DNA of 64,000 nucleotides. It comes from Saprospiraceae bacterium. GTDB lineage: Bacteria > Bacteroidota > Bacteroidia > Chitinophagales > Saprospiraceae. The stretch's first letter is position 1, and the number at the start of each line of letters is the position of its first letter. This document shows, piece after piece, positions 31,937 through 40,120 of the stretch. A program made the position numbers and the translations under genes. Below the pieces are notes generated by a model. The model saw only the letters and a list, made by a program, of their open reading frames with translations. It searched no databases and was not told where the DNA came from. The DNA is taken from positions 628-64,627 of the forward strand of contig CBDICS010000033.1 of NCBI GenBank assembly GCA_965277415.1, read 5' to 3'.

Positions 31937-32101
31937 TTACCCAAAAGTAGTAAAATACCAATCCTTCAGAGATTGCCAGTTTCTAATCACTAAAAAGATC
32001 AAGGTTATTGTGATCAAGATTAATACTATACCCGTCTTCTTTTTAGTATGTTGAAATTTTTCTCTCCTATTTTTGTATCGATGACGGCTGGTATATGACA
32101 T
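31937..32101 (-). CDS. possible 54-aa small membrane protein
   Basis: Own translation: MSYTSRHRYKNRREKFQHTKKKTGIVLILITITLIFLVIRNWQSLKDWYFTTFG. Basic N-terminus plus one TM helix. Below the ORF-track length cutoff. Confidence 0.25.
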   Translation of the reverse strand: MSYTSRHRYKNRREKFQHTKKKTGIVLILITITLIFLVIRNWQSLKDWYFTTFG

Positions 32102-32174
32102 GTGTTGAAATTTTAAACAAAGGTAAGAAAGAAGTTTTATTGATAAGTCGTTTGAAATTAATATTTTAAAACTC

Positions 32175-33119
32175 TTACATATCCTTGTGTCGTTCCCAAT
32201 AATTTTGGTCTTCTGTATCGATCATCAATTGAAGATAATTGGCATATCGTAATTCGCTGATTAATCCTTGCTCTACGCCCTCTTTAACGGCACATTTAGG
32301 TTCATTCCTATGGCTACAATTACCAAATTTACATTCTACTGAAGCTTTAAATATCTCTCGAAAATTGTGTGTAATATCTTTAGGTTCTAAATGACTAAAA
32401 GCCAAAGTTTTAATACCTGGGGTATCTATAATGTGTCCACTTCCTGGAAGCTGAAACATCTCTGCAAAAGTAGTGGTATGTTGCCCTTTCCCTGTATAAT
32501 CAGAAATATCTTCTGTTCTCAAATCTTGATCTGGTAGCAAAGCATTAATAATAGTAGATTTACCAACACCTGATTGACCACCAATTAAGGAGATCTTATC
32601 CACAAGGTGTGTTTTTAGTTTTTCAATTCCCAGTTTTTCAGTTGCTGAAACCTTAAATACTGGATATCCAATATCCTCATAAATTTCTTTAAGGTAATCA
32701 AACATCGCATTATCCGCCTCTTCATACAAATCCGACTTATTAAAAACAATCGTAGTTGGGATATTATAAGGTTCTGTCATTAAGAGAAATCGATCAATGA
32801 AGCCTTGTTTGAGGTTTGGGTTTCTAATCGTCATTATCAGAATCGCTTGATCAACATTACTAGCGAGTAGATGGAGGTAATGTTTTTTTCTGGGAGATTG
32901 GCGAACTATATAATTTTTTCTTGGGAGGATATTCTTAATGATGCCCTTCTCGTCTTGTTCCATTTCAAATTCTACATCATCCCCTACCGCAACAGGATTT
33001 GTGAGTTTCTGACCATTGAGTCGAAATTTCCCAATAATTCTACAAGGTACGGAAGTACCATCTTCAATTTCGACATGATACCATAAACCTGTTGACTTTA
33101 TTACTTTTCCTTTCTGCAC
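32175..33119 (-). CDS. rsgA: ribosome small-subunit-dependent GTPase A
   Basis: 314 aa. GQSGVGKST P-loop and C-terminal zinc knuckle CKFGNCSHRNEPKC. GTG start. Confidence 0.9.
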   Translation of the reverse strand: MQKGKVIKSTGLWYHVEIEDGTSVPCRIIGKFRLNGQKLTNPVAVGDDVEFEMEQDEKGIIKNILPRKNYIVRQSPRKKHYLHLLASNVDQAILIMTIRNPNLKQGFIDRFLLMTEPYNIPTTIVFNKSDLYEEADNAMFDYLKEIYEDIGYPVFKVSATEKLGIEKLKTHLVDKISLIGGQSGVGKSTIINALLPDQDLRTEDISDYTGKGQHTTTFAEMFQLPGSGHIIDTPGIKTLAFSHLEPKDITHNFREIFKASVECKFGNCSHRNEPKCAVKEGVEQGLISELRYANYLQLMIDTEDQNYWERHKDM

Positions 33120-33250
33120 TTTTAATGTTTTTATAAAGATAGTGGTTCTTTGACATATCCTGTGTTAGGGACAAACCGTAAACAATATTTGACTTAGAGC
33201 CTGTTCAAAAATAGTAAAACCTCTGATTGTAGATTTTAGTTCGAAAAAGC

Positions 33251-34015
33251 TTAGTTTTCTTTGGCTACTACATTTAAAGCATGAACAGCTTCTGCCATTT
33301 CGATTATTAGGTTAGGATCTTTTTCAATAGCATTGCCTACGACAATTACATCAGCTCCAGCTTTTGCCTTCTCCATTGCTTGCTCGGGTGTACGAATACC
33401 GCCACCCACAATTAAAGGAATCCTAAGGCCGCTACTTACGGTTTCAATCATAGATGAGCTCACTGGGTTTTTAGCACCACTTCCCGCATCCATATAAATA
33501 AACTTTAAGCCAAGCATTTCTCCTGCAATGGCAGTACACAGCGCCACATCATCTTTGGTAAAAGGTATAGGCTGAGTATTACTAATATAAGAAACAGTCG
33601 TCGCGACACCGCCATCAATCAACATATACCCCGTAGGCATAATTTCAAGTGGACTCATCTTAAGATATGGTGCAGCAAGGACATGATTGCCAATCAATAA
33701 ATCTGCATTACGACCTGATATAAGAGAAAGGAATAAAATAGCATCTGCTTTATAGCTTAGTTGAAAAGAATTTCCAGGAAACAGAATCATTGGAATCTCA
33801 CAGGATTTTCTAATCTGCTGTAAACAATGATCGAGCATATTATTTACAATTAAGCTTCCTCCGATAAAAAAGTAGTCTACCTGAGCTTTTGATGCAAGAT
33901 CAAGAATAGAATCCATTTGTCCTAGTTTGACTTTATCTGGATCGATAAGGACGACAAATTTTTTTTGTCCTCGATCTTTTGCTTCTTGCAAACTTTTGTG
34001 TAGGTCCCTTTGCAT
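33251..34015 (-). CDS. geranylgeranylglyceryl/heptaprenylglyceryl phosphate synthase family (PcrB-like)
   Basis: 254 aa TIM-barrel pattern with YFFIGGS, IVGGGIRTPEQA and VVGNAIE. Confidence 0.8.
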   Translation of the reverse strand: MQRDLHKSLQEAKDRGQKKFVVLIDPDKVKLGQMDSILDLASKAQVDYFFIGGSLIVNNMLDHCLQQIRKSCEIPMILFPGNSFQLSYKADAILFLSLISGRNADLLIGNHVLAAPYLKMSPLEIMPTGYMLIDGGVATTVSYISNTQPIPFTKDDVALCTAIAGEMLGLKFIYMDAGSGAKNPVSSSMIETVSSGLRIPLIVGGGIRTPEQAMEKAKAGADVIVVGNAIEKDPNLIIEMAEAVHALNVVAKEN

Positions 34016-34132
34016 GCGGTAATTGGATGTTTAAATGCAAGGTAGGGTTTTTTATTAATGAAGAATGAAAGATTGCCATTAATTCATTGTAAGTTATAGG
34101 ACTAAATATTCAAAGGAAACATTCATATATCC

Positions 34133-36046
34133 CTAAGCTTTCTTTTTGACCAATACTGCTTTCATTCCATCAGTCTTTGCTATTTCCTTATAAAAATTTC
34201 GAAGTTCTTCATATTTATCTGCGGCTACCTCAACAGCATATATTTCTAACAGTCGATTATAAACGATAATATTTTCCTTAACCTCAATACTAATTTGATA
34301 TTTTCCGAACGCTGACTCAAGCATTACTTGATCAGAAGGAATACTTTCTATTTCATAATCACCAGGAATAACATAAGTAAACGTATCTTCCTCTCTATAC
34401 TGTTTTTTTACATGTACAGGATGTATTCTTTTTTCAATTGCTTTGGGTATATTTTCGAATTGATTAAGCTTATTTAAGGGCATAAAGATACGTTTCCCTG
34501 CGGTTGATGCATACCTCGCTACAGAGATATGAAAATCCACTACTGTGAGTGGTTTCTTTTCATCATTAGAAATCTCCAATTTATCAATTGTAAAAGCAGA
34601 TAGGTTCGTATCTTCTAAAAATTCTTTTTCAATGTCCTCTTTAGAATAGTTATTTGAGAGGTATCTATAGTCATCATGTTTAGGTCCAATATACTTTGTT
34701 TGCTTTTTAATAATAGCTGCTCCTTTATTATTCAGTTCAAAAGTAGCTGTAGTCGCTTTTTTATTCTGATCTAATGGAAATGCTGGTGTGTTTATTATTT
34801 TACCTCCTTCCTCTGTGAGTAGTAAACTTTGTCGGCCTTCATTTCCCGAACCGATATAATTGGGTGGATAATCATTGCTCGTACATTCCAACCATATATC
34901 TTCTGACGGAATATTAATAATAACATGGTTAAAGCCAGGGTTTGCAAAATCCTCATCTATTTCTATTTTAGTATTACGGCTACTATAAATCAATGATTGA
35001 TATGATTTTATGCCTGCTACATTAAGCATAGATTTCATATAATTAGAAAGTGCTTTACAATCACCATATTTGTTTTTTTCTACATATTTAGCATCAAAAG
35101 TTTGCCATCCTCCAATTCCTAATTGTACGCTTACATAGCGCATATTATCTTGTAAATATTTGTAAAGGATAGCTATTTTTTCTTGATCATTTTTCGCATT
35201 AACAATAAGGTTTTTAACTTTTTTGGCCATCTCTGGACTCAATTCATCTCGCCCTTTATTAAGATCATACATAAACTGCCCAAAAGATGCCCAAGTAGAC
35301 ATATCTCCAGAATAATTATCATACTCAAATTTAGTCGGTGCAATTTTAATGGCTGGCCGGATCTTATGTTGATAGGGAGCATATGGTTCTGATTTCAATG
35401 CAGGTAATGAACTTGCCAGCCAAGAATAAACTACTTTTTTTCCCTCTTCTTCAATACTTGGTTCTAAATCTATATTTTCAGATTTATATCTTAATTTCAA
35501 GTCCTTAGGTATCTCTACTACAAACTTAAAATGCTCGACAGCCCTTGCATAGCTTTGTAAATAACTCGATGGGTAATAGAGTAAGCCTTTGAAGTTTTGA
35601 GTGTATTCTATTTCTACTGTATACGGATAACTATTATGATATAAGTTAATATATTTGACCCGATCATCCTCATAAATTGAAAAATCCGAGATAGCACTTT
35701 GATCAATAAATTCTTTACCTCTCACCTTTCTCACCTCTTTACCAAAAGCATCATAAACTTTTGCTGAAAGATTTGTAACTTTTGTAAGTTTATCATAACT
35801 GACATATTGAGTATGAGCGCGACTTTTATCATTGAGCAATGTGACGACATACTTTACTTTTAGGGTCGCAAGTTTAGGGCTTTCAATCTTGAAGTTCATA
35901 TAATCTAATCTCACAACTTCGTTTGCATTCTCCGTCAATTCATTAGGTAGATTAAAGACACTGTATTGACCAATTTGTGCACTGATCGTATTGTTTATAT
36001 TCAAAAGTGCTAGAACTATAAAAATATATTTGAATGACATTTTCAT
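34133..36046 (-). CDS. DUF3857/transglutaminase-like secreted protein (catalytic Cys present)
   Basis: 637 aa. Signal with ISA|QI. Transglutaminase core YGDCKAL ... FNHVI. Confidence 0.75.
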   Translation of the reverse strand: MKMSFKYIFIVLALLNINNTISAQIGQYSVFNLPNELTENANEVVRLDYMNFKIESPKLATLKVKYVVTLLNDKSRAHTQYVSYDKLTKVTNLSAKVYDAFGKEVRKVRGKEFIDQSAISDFSIYEDDRVKYINLYHNSYPYTVEIEYTQNFKGLLYYPSSYLQSYARAVEHFKFVVEIPKDLKLRYKSENIDLEPSIEEEGKKVVYSWLASSLPALKSEPYAPYQHKIRPAIKIAPTKFEYDNYSGDMSTWASFGQFMYDLNKGRDELSPEMAKKVKNLIVNAKNDQEKIAILYKYLQDNMRYVSVQLGIGGWQTFDAKYVEKNKYGDCKALSNYMKSMLNVAGIKSYQSLIYSSRNTKIEIDEDFANPGFNHVIINIPSEDIWLECTSNDYPPNYIGSGNEGRQSLLLTEEGGKIINTPAFPLDQNKKATTATFELNNKGAAIIKKQTKYIGPKHDDYRYLSNNYSKEDIEKEFLEDTNLSAFTIDKLEISNDEKKPLTVVDFHISVARYASTAGKRIFMPLNKLNQFENIPKAIEKRIHPVHVKKQYREEDTFTYVIPGDYEIESIPSDQVMLESAFGKYQISIEVKENIIVYNRLLEIYAVEVAADKYEELRNFYKEIAKTDGMKAVLVKKKA

Positions 36047-36091
36047 CTTTTTTGTTGCTTAAAAATAATTTCTTCTAGATTTTCAATCAAA

Positions 36092-38092
36092 TCAACTCTT
36101 CTTTTTAAGTACAATCTGCTCTCCATGTTTTTCAACAATAATATCAAAGAAGTTCTTAATTATGCCATACTCTTCAGGTTCATAATGTAGTTTTTTTATA
36201 CTTACTTTACTAATTACCTGGATGGTTTGCCCATTGTGACTAACTAGGTATTGAAATGCTCCTCCTTTCCCATCCATTTTCAAATTAATTGCTTCAGGCA
36301 AGGCTTCAATTACATAATCATTGGGTATGGTTAAATTTAGAATAAATTGGTTTTTCGATTTTAAAGCAATATCAACAGGGAAAGTTCTTTCCTCTTGCTT
36401 AAGTGGATTTTCATCATAACCTAAGCCTAGCATTGGAGATAAATAAATAAATTCTCCATTGGCTTGTGCTGCTTCAGGGATTTCTATATCTAAATTGCAC
36501 TTTAGAGGTTTTGATACCATTTGTTCGTTTTCAAAGTTAATGGATTTGATATTTATATCTGGAAATGCCTCTTGCCATTCTTCTCGAATATCTTTATGAT
36601 CCTCTCCTTTGAATTTATGAAAATTGGTTCTGCCATCCATAGCACAGTAGCCTTTAAGGCTTTTGTTTATTGTTCCAAAAACATTTCCATTTTCTTCAAG
36701 TGTCAAATTGGCCATTGCTACTTCTGTATCGCTTCCTCCGGGAATCTCTATCCATTGTGATTTTTCTCCATCTACTAGCCAGCCTCTATAATTAAGAGAA
36801 TTCATTCGCAATAGCTTAGGATCTCTTGTTGGGCTACCAACATCGAATAAACTTTCCTTTTCACCAAATTTAGCATAAGCAATAACATGATTAAACTGAT
36901 CTAATTTAGGATAATATTCCATTGTTCGTCCATGATTTCTAGTGCTTATTAGTATCGGATAAGCTTCTATATTGAAACGTCTACAAACTGCTATGAACAT
37001 CAAATTTAATTCTCCGCTAGATGCTGATTTTGTTCTAAATGCTTCATCCAAGGAAGGAGAAGTAATTCCATATTCTTTATTCCACTGTATGTTTTGAGAG
37101 AGATAGGAATAGATTGTTGATATTTTTTCTTCATCACTTTCATCATCTGCCAGCAATGGATCTATCGCAGCTACCAAATCTCTGGTAAATCTTTTCTTAT
37201 TTAATTGGACACCAAATTTGAGATTTTGCTCTAAATCCTTCGCTACTTTCTCCCAATTACCCGTAACATTTTCTCCAACACTGTTTGGGAATTTCACAAA
37301 TTGTAATTGTAAAGAAAGTTTTGAATAATAATCTCGCATGGTTGTAATAAATGGTTCCCTCTTTAATGCTGGTGCATTTTCTACTATATACCTTGTCACT
37401 TCAACATTTACACTTAAGCTTCCTGCAGATGATGATGTGTCAAAAGAGTTTCTAAGACGGGAAGTAGACATCGTACGAGATGTCTCAGATCTTTCTATTT
37501 TAGGAGATAAACCCTGATCAAATGAGACATAATGAAACCACTCTGGTATTTCGGTTCGGAATTCACTTAGTCTTGTTGGGATATCTGATTGAAAATACCA
37601 ATCCTCTAAATAATAAATCATCCCAGATCTTTTTGAGTATTTATATTCAATTATACAGCCCTCTTCAAGACTTGGAAAAGCAATTTTTTTGCTCGACCAA
37701 TATTCATCAACCTTTTCATCAAAAATATCTTTTTTATTGACACTTATCTTTTCACCATTAGGTAAGATCACTTGAGCCTTAAGCCCTGACAGTTTTTCTG
37801 ATTTCTTATATGAATAATACGGAATCTCAACGTCTCCTCTCTCATAAGCAGATTTTTTAAGAATCTTTATTCGAACATGATGATCTAAAGTATATTCAAT
37901 TCCACTTTCAGTAAAATCAAAATAGAGTCTCGCATAATCTGCTAGTACGACTGCCTCAGCTTCCTGATCTAGTTCATAAGTTTTCATTTTTAGATCAGCT
38001 TGACTTACCTTCCCCCATTTAATTGGGGCTTTTTGAGCAAATAGACTAAAGTAAAATAATATACAAAAGTAAAAAGCGGTTGAAGTTTTCAT
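36092..38092 (-). CDS. DUF3857/transglutaminase-like secreted paralogue (catalytic Cys apparently replaced)
   Basis: 666 aa. Signal with LFA|QK. By my by-eye alignment the equivalent core reads SSGELNLM ... FNHVI, with Leu where the Cys is expected. Confidence 0.7.
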   Translation of the reverse strand: MKTSTAFYFCILFYFSLFAQKAPIKWGKVSQADLKMKTYELDQEAEAVVLADYARLYFDFTESGIEYTLDHHVRIKILKKSAYERGDVEIPYYSYKKSEKLSGLKAQVILPNGEKISVNKKDIFDEKVDEYWSSKKIAFPSLEEGCIIEYKYSKRSGMIYYLEDWYFQSDIPTRLSEFRTEIPEWFHYVSFDQGLSPKIERSETSRTMSTSRLRNSFDTSSSAGSLSVNVEVTRYIVENAPALKREPFITTMRDYYSKLSLQLQFVKFPNSVGENVTGNWEKVAKDLEQNLKFGVQLNKKRFTRDLVAAIDPLLADDESDEEKISTIYSYLSQNIQWNKEYGITSPSLDEAFRTKSASSGELNLMFIAVCRRFNIEAYPILISTRNHGRTMEYYPKLDQFNHVIAYAKFGEKESLFDVGSPTRDPKLLRMNSLNYRGWLVDGEKSQWIEIPGGSDTEVAMANLTLEENGNVFGTINKSLKGYCAMDGRTNFHKFKGEDHKDIREEWQEAFPDINIKSINFENEQMVSKPLKCNLDIEIPEAAQANGEFIYLSPMLGLGYDENPLKQEERTFPVDIALKSKNQFILNLTIPNDYVIEALPEAINLKMDGKGGAFQYLVSHNGQTIQVISKVSIKKLHYEPEEYGIIKNFFDIIVEKHGEQIVLKKKS

Positions 38093-38448
38093 AAATTTGT
38101 GTTTTTTAGTAAAATTTATTGTTTATTAGACGGAATTAAATGAAATCTATTTTTAAGGCTTTTCCAAAATATTCAACCCTATTTTCTTACAGTCAAATGT
38201 TTATGAAAAATTCAGCATATCAAATAGATTACATATAATTCTTTACGTCTACTTAGCTTTATAATCCATTCAGGATGGTTTAAAAGAATATATGTGAAAA
38301 GTAATAGGTGGTGATAGATAAATATATGTATTTATCCTCTTTTTAAAAAACTATTTATCAAAAAAATATTTTTTTGGGGAATAGAAATTGCTTTAAAATA
38401 GAAATTAAGGAATAGGAGGCCATTATTATTGCTTTAAAATAAAAAGTA

Positions 38449-38778
38449 TTGGAAAATAATATTACAAAACAAACTACTGAATTAATCGCCAGAGATTTTG
38501 GTCTAGAAATCAATGATGCTCCTTTAACGGAAGAAGAACTATTTAATATCTTAGCAAATGAAGTAGCTTTTTTGATAGAACGTCGGCTTGGTTTTTTACT
38601 AAGCCTCATGTATCGCTTAGATATAGACGAACAAAAAATCAGAAATGCTTTAGCTCCTAATGCTCCGGACTTAGCTAATATTGGTCTGGCAAAATTAATT
38701 TTACAAAGGCAAAAAGATCGAATTTTTACAAAAATAAAATATAAACAAGCCCCTCTTGATGATGAGGATGCTTTTTAA
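38449..38778 (+). CDS. hypothetical protein
   Basis: 109 aa with TTG start. Balanced composition, unlike the overlapping minus-strand ORF. Same strand as the next three genes. Confidence 0.45.
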   Translation: MENNITKQTTELIARDFGLEINDAPLTEEELFNILANEVAFLIERRLGFLLSLMYRLDIDEQKIRNALAPNAPDLANIGLAKLILQRQKDRIFTKIKYKQAPLDDEDAF

Positions 38779-38795
38779 AATCAACCATCAATAGC

Positions 38796-39245
38796 ATGAA
38801 AAACAGGATTATAAAACTTATCCTTATTTTGTCTCTTTTTTCCGCAGGAAACTTAATGGCACAAGATGCCTACCAGCGATCTATTGGTCTCAGAGGCGGG
38901 TGGCTTGGTGGCATAAGCTACAAACACTTTTTGGAATTCGCAGGCGCAATAGAAGGTATTGCTGGATATAATTTCCAAAATGGACGATTTACATCACTCA
39001 CTGGCTTATATGAGCATCATTTTTTCGTCAATTATCAAACAAATTTATTTGCAGGCGGAGGATTAACACTTGGCGCCAATAAAGATATATTTCGGGTACA
39101 TGCTGAAGCGATTGTAGGTGTAGAATACGTGATAGAACGTTTTCCTATGAGTTTGTCACTTGATTATAAACCTGCTTTTAATATCTTTGATAGTCGCTTT
39201 TATTTTGATGAATTTGCTTTGTCCATTCGATATGTTTTTAAGTAA
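38796..39245 (+). CDS. small outer-membrane beta-barrel-like protein
   Basis: 149 aa. Signal with LMA|QD. Alternating Gly/aromatic strands. Confidence 0.5.
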   Translation: MKNRIIKLILILSLFSAGNLMAQDAYQRSIGLRGGWLGGISYKHFLEFAGAIEGIAGYNFQNGRFTSLTGLYEHHFFVNYQTNLFAGGGLTLGANKDIFRVHAEAIVGVEYVIERFPMSLSLDYKPAFNIFDSRFYFDEFALSIRYVFK

Positions 39246-39292
39246 AATTCTATTTTGAATAAAACTTAAGCGCCCGTCCAAATTTCATGTAA

Positions 39293-40018
39293 ATGTTAAT
39301 CAAAACACGAGGCATTATTTTTAGAGCAGTTAAATACTCCGAATCAAGTATAATTGCTGATATATTTACCGAAGAGAAAGGATTGCGATCTTACATTATC
39401 AGTGGTGTCCGATCAAAGAATGCACGGATCAAAGCAAGTGTACTCCAAGTAATGACCCTAATTGACATGGTTGCTTATCATAGAGAGGATAAAAATCTTA
39501 CTCGAATTAAAGAGATAAAAATAGCCAATGTCTATCGTTCTATCCCTTTTGAAATTGTGAAAGGAGCCGTTGGACTTTTTATGGTAGAACTAGCAAGAAA
39601 AACAATCCAAGAATCTGAAGAAAATAAACTGCTATTCAATTTTCTTTTTGGATCTTTTCAACAATTAGATGCGACAACATTTCCTGTTTCTAATTTCCAT
39701 ATTGCTTTTATGATAGAGTTGACTGCCTTTTTAGGATTCCTTCCTGGAGGCGAATCTTCAAAGGATACACCATGTTTTGATTTAGCTGAAGGCATTTTTT
39801 GTTGGAAAGATACAGCAGGGCATCATTCCCTTGATGAGGGACAAAGTAAATTGTTAGATACTTTCCTAAAAACCCCCATGAACTTAAGCCATACCATACC
39901 CTTAAATAGAATGGAGCGAAAAGCATTTTTGAATCAGATGATTTCTTTTTACAAATTGCATATCGAAAGTTTTGACACTCTTAATGCTCATAAAATTTTG
40001 GAGGAAGTAATGGGATAA
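39293..40018 (+). CDS. recO: DNA repair protein RecO
   Basis: 241 aa. The N-terminal OB-fold pattern MLIKTRGIIFRAVKYSESS is typical of RecO. Confidence 0.85.
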   Translation: MLIKTRGIIFRAVKYSESSIIADIFTEEKGLRSYIISGVRSKNARIKASVLQVMTLIDMVAYHREDKNLTRIKEIKIANVYRSIPFEIVKGAVGLFMVELARKTIQESEENKLLFNFLFGSFQQLDATTFPVSNFHIAFMIELTAFLGFLPGGESSKDTPCFDLAEGIFCWKDTAGHHSLDEGQSKLLDTFLKTPMNLSHTIPLNRMERKAFLNQMISFYKLHIESFDTLNAHKILEEVMG

Positions 40019-40120
40019 AGAATCCTCATAAGGAAGTGGTTCAAAAATATGATCTTTCTCTTTATAAAATATTCCTCTCTTTCCTTTCGTTTTTAGTTTT
40101 AACTGTCCATTAGGGTTATT

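Noticed and set aside
38358-38609. An 83-aa minus-strand ORF overlapping 38449..38778.
   Set aside because: It is a low-complexity S/K/F-rich translation. The plus-strand frame has balanced composition and continues the plus-strand gene string, so I preferred it.
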